The notes beneath the pieces were generated by a model. The model searched no databases. It saw nothing but the letters and a program-made list of their open reading frames with translations, and was not told where the DNA came from. A program made the position numbers and the translations under genes. This document shows, in pieces, positions 9,571-18,245 of a DNA stretch of 64,000 nt. Location of the stretch: IMG/VR virus record IMGVR_UViG_2843449061_000008, positions 1-64,000 of that record; one strand, given 5' to 3'. This DNA is from a virus. Its lineage: Duplodnaviria; Caudoviricetes. Position 1 is the stretch's first letter; the number at the start of each line of letters is the position of its first letter.

Positions 9571-10418
9571 TCCTCGCTCATATGCTCACGGCAAAAGGAC
9601 GTCCCATGGGCTGGACACCACTTGGCCGAGCAGAGCTTGCTGTTGGGATTGGCGGGGAAAGCCCAGGCGTCGCCGGGCAGAACGCCCACGCTGGGGTTGC
9701 CCAGGCGGAACGACTTCAAGTCGTCCTCAATGTGACGAAGCACGGCGATGGCCGCGGTCTCGGCGGCGGCCAGGTCGTGCTTGATGATCAGCGCGTCCGG
9801 CTGCGGCTTCTTCAGCGGCGCGCGCTGAATGAAGTCCTCGCAGGCCTCGGTCACGTCAATTCCGTTGGATCGCGCCAGCAGGCTGTAGCTGCCGAGCTGC
9901 GGCTTATGGTTGGAGCGGGCCTTGCCGGTCTTCAGATCGCGCACCCGGCCCGGCTCGCGGGCGATCACGTCGCTCTGGCCGGACAGGATGATGTCGGCGG
10001 TGACCTGCGCCTCCAGCCGCTCCTCGACGATCAGCGGCTGGACGTCGGGCGCGATCTGGGCGCGGTAGACCCGTACCATCCGTTCGGCCTGCTGCTCGGC
10101 TTCGTTCAGCGCCGGCGTCTCGCGGTCATAGCCGATGCCCTTCGCCGCGGTGGTGCGCAGGCTGTCGATGGCAGCGTCGGTGGCGGTGGAGACCGGCGGC
10201 AGGCCGCCCGTCTTGGCCTTCTCCAGCAGGATCACGGCGGCGCCGGCGTGAACCGCGGTGCCGACTGCGGCGCCGATACCGTTTGGGAGTTCACGCAGCT
10301 CGTAGCCGGCGGCCAGCACCTCGCGGCGGAACAGCTTGGCGGCGCTGCGGCGGGGGCAATCCGGATAGCCGGACAGAGAGGAGGAGCGGACAATGGTCGG
10401 TTCGAAGGGGGTGGTCAT
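9567..10418 (-). CDS. PD-(D/E)XK exonuclease (RecB/Cas4-like), partner of RecT
   Basis: SGQSD..RDLKTG, QLGSY, C-terminal C..WCP; adjacent to recT. Confidence 0.8.
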   Translation of the reverse strand: MTTPFEPTIVRSSSLSGYPDCPRRSAAKLFRREVLAAGYELRELPNGIGAAVGTAVHAGAAVILLEKAKTGGLPPVSTATDAAIDSLRTTAAKGIGYDRETPALNEAEQQAERMVRVYRAQIAPDVQPLIVEERLEAQVTADIILSGQSDVIAREPGRVRDLKTGKARSNHKPQLGSYSLLARSNGIDVTEACEDFIQRAPLKKPQPDALIIKHDLAAAETAAIAVLRHIEDDLKSFRLGNPSVGVLPGDAWAFPANPNSKLCSAKWCPAHGTSFCREHMSEE

Positions 10419-11122
10419 GGGGCCTCGGAGGGCTGGGCCGCACGCGGGTACAGCGCCTGATTGGCGCAGGCCATCCGCTTGCGGTTGTTAGTGGGAGAGC
10501 GCAGGAACAGCGTGTCGCCCTTGATCCGTTCGAGGACCCAGGTCATGCCCAGCCCGGCGCCCTTCAGGCGGATGGGCTGGCCGACCAGGGCGGGCAGCGC
10601 GTCAGCCGGGATCGGCTTCAGATGCGCCTCCTCCGCCTGCAGCTTCTTCCACCAGTCGCGAACGGTCAGGGGCGTGGCGCGCCGGGCGATGCCGTAGAAG
10701 GCGCGCAACGTTTCGATGTCGGTGATCTTGCCGATGCGGCAAGCGTCCCGGCTCATGCCGAGATGCGCGGCGACGTAGGCATAGGCCCGATTGCGGGCGG
10801 CATCCTGGATGCGCTTGAAGGCGGCCACGCGGGCGGCGCCGGTCTCGGCGACAGGGTAATAGTGCGGCGCCGTCTGCCACAGCCGGTCGAACACCTGATG
10901 CGTCATCCGGCGGGCGCGGCGCAGCTCGGCCGCGACGGGGGCGCCTTGGGGCGTGCCGTCCGGGTGCGCGCTCATCAGCCCGCCGCAGCCGGCGGCCCGG
11001 CGGTCGCAGAGGTAGACGAACGGGTTCGGCGTCTTGAAGGTGCTGGGGGTGGGCTGCAGCCGCATCGGCGCGCCGCAGTCCGGGCACTTCAGGGCGGGCA
11101 TGGTGGGGAGCGTCACGGCCAT
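10415..11122 (-). CDS. Zinc-finger protein (DUF3268-like)
   Basis: CPDCG...YLC...C...HPDGTPQG...LRRAR..H..FD.LW. Confidence 0.75.
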   Translation of the reverse strand: MAVTLPTMPALKCPDCGAPMRLQPTPSTFKTPNPFVYLCDRRAAGCGGLMSAHPDGTPQGAPVAAELRRARRMTHQVFDRLWQTAPHYYPVAETGAARVAAFKRIQDAARNRAYAYVAAHLGMSRDACRIGKITDIETLRAFYGIARRATPLTVRDWWKKLQAEEAHLKPIPADALPALVGQPIRLKGAGLGMTWVLERIKGDTLFLRSPTNNRKRMACANQALYPRAAQPSEAP

Positions 11123-11125
11123 GGT

Positions 11126-11719
11126 TCAGCCCACCGGATCGAGCATGCTGGCGAGCTGGCGCAGCCGGTACGCCTTGTGATCGTGGAACGAGGCGGTGGA
11201 GTGCGCCGCGCGTATCAGCAGATGGAGGCCGCCAACGGTGGCCGGCATCATCTCGGCAGCAGGGGAAGATCCGTAGGTGAAGGCGGCGGTGATCTGCAGG
11301 CGCTCTTGCGCCTCCTGCAGAAAGGAATTCTGTTCGCGCGGTATCAGGCAGCCGAACAGCTTGCCTTCCCGGTCGGCGGCTCGCCGGGCGATCAGGTCCA
11401 GAAGGTCCACCGACACGCTGGGTCCGCCGTAGGCCAGAAGGGCGCAAGGCGGCGATTCATGAAGGATTTCGACCGCGGGCATCCGAATGGGCTCATCCTC
11501 GGGAGGCGAGGCGGGACGGTCGCCCATCGCCTCGGCGATCAGCGCGTCCACCTCGGGCCGGGCCAGGATGTCGACCAGCAGCTGGGCGAGGCGGTTGTGT
11601 CCGTCCGGGTGGTCGCAGTTCAGGCCGGTGATCAGCAGGGAGGCGCCGTTGCGCCGGATCAGCGCGGCGTCGAACTGCGCGTCGGCGGGCTCGATGGTGT
11701 AGGTGGAGGGCATGGTCAT
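11126..11719 (-). CDS. Hypothetical protein
   Basis: Operon packing. Confidence 0.6.
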   Translation of the reverse strand: MTMPSTYTIEPADAQFDAALIRRNGASLLITGLNCDHPDGHNRLAQLLVDILARPEVDALIAEAMGDRPASPPEDEPIRMPAVEILHESPPCALLAYGGPSVSVDLLDLIARRAADREGKLFGCLIPREQNSFLQEAQERLQITAAFTYGSSPAAEMMPATVGGLHLLIRAAHSTASFHDHKAYRLRQLASMLDPVG

Positions 11720-12024
11720 TCACCCTTCGCGGAAGGGATTGGGGAAGGTTCGACCGTGCGGGCGCTACGCTCCATCAGCAGGTCGGTCGCGGCATCGATC
11801 TGGGCCATGCTGGTCCACCAGCTGGCCGTCGGAATCGAAAGCCCTCGCTTGTTGACGGGCTCCGTCTCGTCAATGAGTGCCTGTGCTTCGCCGATTGCCT
11901 TGCAGAGTTCCGCGTCGCTGCAATCCCGCAGCTCGCGCCGCATTTCGAGGTAGGCGTTGCAGTAGATGCCGGAGGAGGAAGTGAGGCGCTTGGCCATCAT
12001 CTGTTCCCCTTCCGAAGAATCCAC
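11716..12024 (-). CDS. Hypothetical protein
   Basis: Operon packing; start may be 12000. Confidence 0.55.
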   Translation of the reverse strand: MDSSEGEQMMAKRLTSSSGIYCNAYLEMRRELRDCSDAELCKAIGEAQALIDETEPVNKRGLSIPTASWWTSMAQIDAATDLLMERSARTVEPSPIPSAKGE

Positions 12025-12218
12025 CCGACGCGGTTACCCGGCGCAAAGCGTCCGTGGGCAGCGGCGTAGGCGAGCTTGAGCCGGTCGCGCGCCTCAATCG
12101 GCAGCTTCGGCTTGCGGGCGAAGTGGGTGCAGGCCTGCTCCAGCGGGGCGGTCAGCAGATCCGGGTCGGCATTCCGCTTTGCGGCGGCGAACGGATTGGA
12201 GGAGGTGCGCCCGGTCAT
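11997..12218 (-). CDS. Small hypothetical protein
   Basis: Operon packing. Confidence 0.5.
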   Translation of the reverse strand: MTGRTSSNPFAAAKRNADPDLLTAPLEQACTHFARKPKLPIEARDRLKLAYAAAHGRFAPGNRVGWILRKGNR

Positions 12219-13216
12219 GACCGCACCGCCGGCAGAGCGTCGTGCAGCACGCCGTCGAGGAGGCGGCCGGCGGCTTTCTTGCCGACGCGCTCCATCAGCG
12301 CGTCGCCGCGCCGGAGGTGTCCATCGTTCTCGCCCGCCGGCTTGACGATCTGCACGCGGCCGGCGCGCATGTCGCCGCCCAGGTCACCACCGGGGACGGG
12401 CTGGGTCGGCGCCCACTCCCCCCACTGCTTCATCATGTATGGGATGCCGTGGGTGGCGCAGAAGTCGCGGGCGGCGCGGTGCCAGTCGGGATGCGAGGCG
12501 CGCGCGCCCGGCCCGCTCTCCCCGCCACTGATGAGCCAGGACAGGAACTCCCACCCGGCCCAATCGACCAGCGACAGCGCCGGTTCGTAGCTGACGAAGG
12601 TGCGCCAGCCGGCCGCGGCGATCACAGCCATGTGCGGCCGGCGCTCGTCCGCGCGCGGCTGGTCTTCGGCGGTCGTGCCGATCAGGACGTTTGGGACCGG
12701 GAGTCCAGACTTGCAGCCACCGAACGGATTGGCGTCCCACAGGTTAATCTCATCCATGCCGACGCGGCGACCGATGCTCATTACCGCGCGGTCGATGCTG
12801 GCCTCTCTCGCGCGAGCGGCGTTGTTGAGATACGCCGCCGCCCGCTCCGGACGCTTCGTCAGCACCTGAAACGTGTGCTGCGGGCACAGCGCCATCACGG
12901 CGAACAGACGGTCCAGGAACTCGAACGGCACGGCGTCATGGAACACATCGCCCATGCTGGTCAGGAACCACTTCGTAGGCTTGCGCTTCTTCAGCGGGGC
13001 CAAGAGGTCGAACTCAGACAGGGTGACCTTTCCGGTCCACTTGCCCTTGCTGCCGACGCGGGTTGCCAGCCCGGCATACTTGGGCTGCCCCATGCCTTCC
13101 AGCCGGGCGGCCATGGTCGCGGCGTAGCAGTTGGCGCAGCCCGGCGACACGGCATGGCAGCCGACGACGGGCGTCCAGGTGGCATCTGTCCATTCGATTT
13201 TGGAAGTTTCACCCAT
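12215..13216 (-). CDS. DUF5131 (phage Gp37/Gp68) family protein
   Basis: SKIEWTDATW, GC..VSPGCANCYA, FQVLTKRP, WLISGGESGPGAR, KQWG. Confidence 0.9.
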   Translation of the reverse strand: MGETSKIEWTDATWTPVVGCHAVSPGCANCYAATMAARLEGMGQPKYAGLATRVGSKGKWTGKVTLSEFDLLAPLKKRKPTKWFLTSMGDVFHDAVPFEFLDRLFAVMALCPQHTFQVLTKRPERAAAYLNNAARAREASIDRAVMSIGRRVGMDEINLWDANPFGGCKSGLPVPNVLIGTTAEDQPRADERRPHMAVIAAAGWRTFVSYEPALSLVDWAGWEFLSWLISGGESGPGARASHPDWHRAARDFCATHGIPYMMKQWGEWAPTQPVPGGDLGGDMRAGRVQIVKPAGENDGHLRRGDALMERVGKKAAGRLLDGVLHDALPAVRS

Positions 13217-13598
13217 GGTCCTGCTCCATGGCTCCCGGCTTGCGGCCGGAGGTTTCAGCTTCAGCGTCCTGCTCGGCCATCCGGCGCCAGCACGCCTCCT
13301 GCTCCCGCGCCCTGACGTGCTGCTCGTGCTGGAAGTGCAGCTCCTTCCGCGCCTCAGTCAGCGTGTACGAGCGACCGAGTTCGGGGTCGACGTAGGGCGA
13401 GGATTTCGGGTAGGCGCGCAGCAGCTTGCAGACGATGGCCATGTGCAGGGCCGTGTTGCGGAACCGCTCGGCCCGCTCCGCCCAGCGATTGGCCGCCGTC
13501 GTCGGGTCGGTGGTGAAGCTGCGGCGCTCCAGCGCCTTCACGCGCCCGCGGGTGTGGGCCATGTCGTCGGCGGCTTCGGCCTCGTCGATCGGGTCCAT
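13209..13598 (-). CDS. Hypothetical protein
   Basis: Starts DPIDEA; operon packing. Confidence 0.6.
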   Translation of the reverse strand: MDPIDEAEAADDMAHTRGRVKALERRSFTTDPTTAANRWAERAERFRNTALHMAIVCKLLRAYPKSSPYVDPELGRSYTLTEARKELHFQHEQHVRAREQEACWRRMAEQDAEAETSGRKPGAMEQDHG

Positions 13599-13604
13599 GA
13601 CTGG

Positions 13605-13799
13605 TCACCCCGCCTGCAGGCCCAGCGCGATCGCCGCGCGCCGCTGGAGCAGCGGGTCGGCGATGCGCAGCGCGTCGGACACACCGTCGAAATAGCCGGG
13701 CTCGTCAACCTGGGTGAGGTTGTGCTGCGTCGTGTAATGCCAGAGCGTGAAGCCGTTGGCGTAGACCAGGACGCTGAGGTCTTTCGGGGCGTAAGCCAT
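13605..13799 (-). CDS. Small protein resembling the Rhodospirillales ANGFTLWHYT family, possibly C-terminally truncated
   Basis: MAYAPKDLSVLVYANGFTLWHYTT; RBS CAGGAG. Confidence 0.6.
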   Translation of the reverse strand: MAYAPKDLSVLVYANGFTLWHYTTQHNLTQVDEPGYFDGVSDALRIADPLLQRRAAIALGLQAG

Positions 13800-14282
13800 G
13801 GGGAAAGCTCCTGAATTCGGCTGGCGACAGCAGGCGGATTCCCCTGCTCTCGGCAACCGGCGGGGCGGTGGATGGGACCGCCCCGCTGGTCCTGCGAATC
13901 GCACTCACACGAATGGAAAAATCTCTTCGTCTGGTGCTGCGCCGGTTCCCGCCCGGCGCGGGCGCTGTGGCTATAAGGACATCTTGACCTCCCTGCTGGC
14001 GGTGGGGGCGAGAGAGCCGGCTTCCATCTCCGCGCCGACGCCGGCCACATGCCCACCTCGGTCCTGCGCGATCCGCAGTTTTCCCGGCGGGCTGACTCGC
14101 CGCGGCTCTCTCTAACGCCTCAACCCCCACCCAGCGGTCAGGCCGGGTAAGGGGGCGAGTGGCCCTTGCGCTGACATTTTCGGACCGTCTTGAAGGGCGA
14201 AGTCATCCAGTCCTGACCCCTTAAGCCCGCTGGGATCATCCATGCGGGCTGGAGCGCGCCGGGGCGCGGGTATGGATGGCGG

Positions 14283-14405
14283 TCACGCCTTCTTCTTCGC
14301 CTGGACGTGCCCCTTGAACTCCCGCTTCCGGCTGCGGTGGGCCTGATAGCGCGGGTCGATCCGGGACTTGCGGCGGGCGCGGATGGCTTGGCGGCAGGTG
14401 GACAT
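14283..14405 (-). CDS. Very small basic protein (40 aa)
   Basis: Arg/Lys-rich short ORF in the early operon. Confidence 0.35.
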   Translation of the reverse strand: MSTCRQAIRARRKSRIDPRYQAHRSRKREFKGHVQAKKKA

Positions 14406-14431
14406 GGGCGGTGGCCTTCTGATGGAGGGGG

Positions 14432-14560
14432 TCAGGCGGTGATGCGGCCGATGACGAAGCCAATCAGGCCGCCGCCGACCACCAACGGAATGACAAGGAC
14501 CCGCGAGATCATTTCGGGGCTCCACCCTCGGTCGAGCATCCAGTCGATCAGCTTGTTCAT
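14432..14560 (-). CDS. Small single-TM membrane protein (42 aa)
   Basis: Own translation: MNKLIDWMLDRGWSPEMISRVLVIPLVVGGGLIGFVIGRITA. Confidence 0.5.
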   Translation of the reverse strand: MNKLIDWMLDRGWSPEMISRVLVIPLVVGGGLIGFVIGRITA

Positions 14561-14587
14561 GCTCAGCTCGGTAGTCGGTGGAGGGTC

Positions 14588-14626
14588 CCGGGGAGCGCCC
14601 GCAGGGACGGGAAGGGCGCTCCCCGG
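14588..14626. other. Perfect 13-bp stem hairpin with 13-nt loop
   Basis: CCGGGGAGCGCCC-N13-GGGCGCTCCCCGG, intergenic. Confidence 0.6.
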
Positions 14627-14744
14627 TGCGCCGGGTTGAGGGGGCTCAGACCCCGGCGGTCTCGTCGGTCGCCCACCAGCCGGGGAAGGCCCGGCACAGG
14701 GCGGCCAGAAGGTCGCGTTCCTGTCTGCTGATGAAGCCCATCGC

Positions 14745-15248
14745 TCAGGCCGCCGGCTGCTCGGCGCCGGACTTGCCGACGGCCTTGACCAGCTCGAACA
14801 TGCGCTTGCGGACCGTGGCGTCGGGGATGCGGTAGTAGGCGCGCACCAGCTCCAGCGTCTCGCGCTTCGCCATCGGGTCCGGCTCGAAGGAACCGATGTC
14901 CTGGCCGCTGGTGTCCGCGTCGTCCTCGACCTTCGCCGTGGCCACGTCCGCCGGCATGTCGTCGAAGAAGAAGGACACCGGCACGTCCAGGGCGTGGGAG
15001 AGCATGAACAGGCGGCTGGCGCTGATGCGGTTGGCGCCGCGCTCGTACTTCTGCACTTGCTGGAAAGTCAGGCTGATCATCTCCCCCAGCTTCTCCTGGC
15101 TCAGGCCCAGCAGGGTCCGGCGCAACCGGACGCGGGCGCCGACGTGAACGTCGATCGGGTGACCTTCGGCGGCCTTCGGACGGCCGGCGCCGCGGGTGGA
15201 GGACGGGGCCGCTTCGGTGGCGATGCGGTTGGACGAGACGGCGTTCAT
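14745..15248 (-). CDS. XRE-family HTH regulator (alphaproteobacterial type)
   Basis: HPIDVHVGARVRLRRTLLGLSQEKLG...FQQVQKYERGANRISASRL. Confidence 0.92.
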   Translation of the reverse strand: MNAVSSNRIATEAAPSSTRGAGRPKAAEGHPIDVHVGARVRLRRTLLGLSQEKLGEMISLTFQQVQKYERGANRISASRLFMLSHALDVPVSFFFDDMPADVATAKVEDDADTSGQDIGSFEPDPMAKRETLELVRAYYRIPDATVRKRMFELVKAVGKSGAEQPAA

Positions 15249-15300
15249 GAGCAGGCTCCTGTGGTGCTGGTGGTTGAAAAGGAAGAGGCGAGGGGACGCG

Positions 15301-15591
15301 CTACGCGGCGCTGCGGCTGCTGGCCGCCGGGCAGGCGAGGGCCATCGACTGCTTGAAGAGCCAAGCGCGCGCGTCTTGAGCGGTGCTGAAGAACTGGCCG
15401 TCCGCATCGATCCGCAGCTTGGTGGCGGTGTCGGGCGTGACGGGGAGGCGCACCGACCGTTGCTTTCCGGCGGCGTCCTCGATGAAAGCCAGCATCGTGC
15501 TGGCCTCTTCGGGGTGCGGCTGGATCACCAGGGAAGCGGCGCCCATGCAACGGGTCAGGCGGCTGGCGGCGCAGTGGTCGGTGGAGGACAT
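15301..15591 (-). CDS. Hypothetical protein, first gene of the leftward early operon
   Basis: GAGG RBS; downstream of an operator-like site. Confidence 0.5.
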   Translation of the reverse strand: MSSTDHCAASRLTRCMGAASLVIQPHPEEASTMLAFIEDAAGKQRSVRLPVTPDTATKLRIDADGQFFSTAQDARAWLFKQSMALACPAASSRSAA

Positions 15592-15651
15592 GCGGTTTCC
15601 CTCATCAGGACCGCCGCCGGGCTACCCCGTTCGGTCGGTTGTGAGGGCAGT

Positions 15652-15672
15652 ATTTTCCCGAATTGAGAAAAC
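15652..15672. promoter_or_regulatory. Operator-like near-palindrome (OL-like)
   Basis: ATTTTCCCGAATTGAGAAAAC; second copy at 16247..16267. Confidence 0.6.
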
Positions 15673-15822
15673 GTCAATGCTTATTTTCTTGAAATGGGTA
15701 AATTTTTTAGCGGGAGTTTTCCTGACGGCGTGGGGATTGGTTTCGCCGGTTCGGGAAAAAGAAAGCCCGCGCAAGGCGTAGGCCTGCGCGGGCATGCAAT
15801 TTGGAACGGCGTTGGAAAGCTG

Positions 15823-16206
15823 CTACGGCTTCTTATGGCCCCGGCCGCGTGAGGGCGGTTGGGTGCGCGCCTCGGCCGCGATCTTCCACTTCTCGTCCAG
15901 GGTGGGGAGCGATCCTGAGGGGATGCATGCTTTGACGCCGTAGTAGACGTAATCCGACGTGATCCCAAGCGGGATCAATGGGGCGAGCGCTTCCGGTGCC
16001 ACCAGCTTAACGCCCCGGGCATAGGCCGAGTAAACGCTACGCGCGACGCCCATCAGCTCGCACATCTGGGTTGGTGTCCGCTCCAGCAGCAATCGAACGG
16101 CTTCAAGCCGGATGCCCGCCTCGTACTTAAACGCCTCGAAATCCTCGACCATGGCTGCCCCCTGTGGATCGCGCGCTTTAGCGCTTTGATTTTTCCGTTT
16201 TAGCAA
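15823..16206 (-). CDS. CI-like repressor (HTH)
   Basis: TPTQMCELMGVARSVYSAYARG; divergent from a small HTH gene; start may be 16151. Confidence 0.75.
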   Translation of the reverse strand: MLKRKNQSAKARDPQGAAMVEDFEAFKYEAGIRLEAVRLLLERTPTQMCELMGVARSVYSAYARGVKLVAPEALAPLIPLGITSDYVYYGVKACIPSGSLPTLDEKWKIAAEARTQPPSRGRGHKKP

Positions 16207-16246
16207 AATTACCCTGAACCGTCAATGCGGGCATTGCGTCCTTGAC

Positions 16247-16267
16247 ATTTTCCCGAAACGAGAAAAC
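16247..16267. promoter_or_regulatory. Operator-like near-palindrome (OR-like) next to a TTGACA -35 box
   Basis: ATTTTCCCGAAACGAGAAAAC, overlapping TTGACA at 16242. Confidence 0.65.
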
Positions 16268-16303
16268 AATCGGCTTAATTGTGCCCCTCTGCGGTAATCC
16301 AAA

Positions 16304-16534
16304 ATGACTGAGTGTGCGAAAGAGGACCGGAAGCGGCGTGTTCATCTGGTCGCCCCTGGTGAGGTCGTCATTCACCTCGTGGATGTGCACGAGCGCGTGA
16401 AGAAGGGGACCCCCGCATCCGTGATCGCTGCGGAAATTGGCGTCGCGAACAGCGTGCTTTCGCGGCGGCTTGGCGATGCCGGCTTCAGCAATCCCCACAA
16501 CCGCGGGCGCCCCCGAGCCGAACGGCGAGCCTGA
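16304..16534 (+). CDS. Cro-like small HTH protein
   Basis: PASVIAAEIGVANSVLSRRL; position opposite the repressor. Confidence 0.6.
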   Translation: MTECAKEDRKRRVHLVAPGEVVIHLVDVHERVKKGTPASVIAAEIGVANSVLSRRLGDAGFSNPHNRGRPRAERRA

Positions 16535-16637
16535 CAGCATTCCTCTTCCCGCCCTTCTCCTCCCTGTGGGCGGGCGACCTGGGCGGGGCCGGCGCTGTAG
16601 CGCTGCCCCGCCTCCTTCTTCCCGAAGGACGCGTCCC

Positions 16638-17963
16638 ATGAAAACCTTCACTCCCACCGAGATTGCGACGATCAGGCACCACGCCGACAAGGGCGTGAAG
16701 GTCAAGACCTTGGCCGAATGGTACGGCGCGACGGTATGGGAGATCCGCGGCGCGCTCGCCGTGGCACAGACAGCGCCGTCCGGGGCGCCCGAGGCTGAGA
16801 CCAGCCGAAATGCCGGAACCGCAGCCGCTTTCGAAGAAGCGACGGGGCAGCCTCTTTCCATAGTCGGGAAAGGGCTCGATGAAGTGCCGCCGCTGCGGGA
16901 GGTCGGTGAGGCCGTTGGTGCGGTCAATCCGGTGAATCTGCAAGGCCAATCGAGCCGCCCCACCCCCACCGATTCCCTGGGCATCCAGCCGCAGGGCGAC
17001 CATGGCCGTGAACCGGCCAGCCAGCAGAAGGAAGAGAAGCATGTCGAAGGCCGAGACGCCGGAGTTCAAGAAGGGGCAGCGCGTCACGTTCCAGATCGTC
17101 AGCCCGAAGGGGCTGTCGCAGGAGGTGTTGAAGGGCACGGTGAGCGACCCGGATTCCGGCCGCGGGCGCATGAAAGTGAAGGACGACGCCGGCGACGAGT
17201 TCAGCCCGTTCCGGAAGCACGTTCGGGCAGCCTGACCAGCGGGAAGGGAGGGGACACCGATGTCGAAGAAGCCGCTGCCGCTGCACCGCCCCTCCTTCCC
17301 ACCGAAGCGCCCGCTGGACAGCTTCAGCCCGCGGACGCGGACGGACGTGGCGTTGGACCGGCTGTCGCAGCCGTGCCCGCTCGTCCCCCGCGTGTTCGCC
17401 GCGAACGGGTTCCTGCGGGACCGGCTGCACTTCCTTCTGGGCATCCAGCCGCAGGACGAGATGTCGGATGCGGCTGTGGATGCGACGGTGCGGCTGAACG
17501 GCCGGCGCGCAAGCTGAGGACTGGCCTCGCCGCTGACATCGACCCGGATCGCCTGCGCGCCCTGCTGATCGACCAGGGCAAGACCTATGAAGAGGCCGCT
17601 GCAGCGCTGGGCACCACCCGCAATGTGGTGGCTGGCCGTGCGCAGCGCCTGGGCATCACAAAGGGCACCGGCGTCGGCGGCCACAAGAGCCGCATCACGC
17701 ACGGGCGCAAGCTCGGCCAGAAGCCGCTCGCCGAACGGAAGCTCGACCCGAAGGAGCCGCACGGCTGCCGCTGGATCGACGGCGAGCCCGGCGAGCCCGG
17801 AAAGAGCTGGTCCTACTGCCAGGCCAAGCCGCACCAACCGGGCTCGTCCTGGTGCGCGCAGCACCATGCCCGCGTCTACGGACACACCAAGTCCGACACC
17901 CACCTGGAAGGCATTCGCGTCTCCGCGCCCGGCCTCGGCCGTGGCGGAATGAAGGTCGGGTGA
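16638..17963 (+). CDS. Protein with C-terminal GcrA-like domain (true start uncertain)
   Basis: AAALGTTRNVVAGRAQRLG and CRWIDGEP...YC...WCAQHHARVY. Confidence 0.7.
   Translation: MKTFTPTEIATIRHHADKGVKVKTLAEWYGATVWEIRGALAVAQTAPSGAPEAETSRNAGTAAAFEEATGQPLSIVGKGLDEVPPLREVGEAVGAVNPVNLQGQSSRPTPTDSLGIQPQGDHGREPASQQKEEKHVEGRDAGVQEGAARHVPDRQPEGAVAGGVEGHGERPGFRPRAHESEGRRRRRVQPVPEARSGSLTSGKGGDTDVEEAAAAAPPLLPTEAPAGQLQPADADGRGVGPAVAAVPARPPRVRRERVPAGPAALPSGHPAAGRDVGCGCGCDGAAERPARKLRTGLAADIDPDRLRALLIDQGKTYEEAAAALGTTRNVVAGRAQRLGITKGTGVGGHKSRITHGRKLGQKPLAERKLDPKEPHGCRWIDGEPGEPGKSWSYCQAKPHQPGSSWCAQHHARVYGHTKSDTHLEGIRVSAPGLGRGGMKVG
17041..17235 (+). CDS. Small protein nested in another frame (SH3/KOW-like pattern)
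   Basis: MSKAETPEFKKGQRVTF...; purine-rich RBS. Confidence 0.5.
   Translation: MSKAETPEFKKGQRVTFQIVSPKGLSQEVLKGTVSDPDSGRGRMKVKDDAGDEFSPFRKHVRAA
17260..17517 (+). CDS. Small hypothetical protein nested in another frame
   Basis: GGAGGGG RBS; follows 17041..17235. Confidence 0.4.
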   Translation: MSKKPLPLHRPSFPPKRPLDSFSPRTRTDVALDRLSQPCPLVPRVFAANGFLRDRLHFLLGIQPQDEMSDAAVDATVRLNGRRAS

Positions 17964-17964
17964 C

Positions 17965-18231
17965 GTGATCCGCATTCCCTTCGCTCCAACCCCAACCGCC
18001 ATCGTCCAGCAGGTCGCCGTGCAGGCGCCGCTGGGCGCTGTCGTGCTTCTGCTGGGGCGACCTGTTCGCATCGTTCGCCGCATCGCCTGCATGAAGGGCG
18101 AACTGATGATCATCGAGGAGACGGCCGCGATCGGGCGCGCGCTGCCCGGTCAGTACGGCCTCTGGCCGGCTGAGGTCGTCGATGAGGCGTGGGCCATGCA
18201 GGCAGCCCGCCTCCGTTCCCCCACCCTCTGA
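17965..18231 (+). CDS. Hypothetical protein
   Basis: Operon packing. Confidence 0.55.
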   Translation: MIRIPFAPTPTAIVQQVAVQAPLGAVVLLLGRPVRIVRRIACMKGELMIIEETAAIGRALPGQYGLWPAEVVDEAWAMQAARLRSPTL

Positions 18232-18245
18232 ACCGGAGCCCACCC

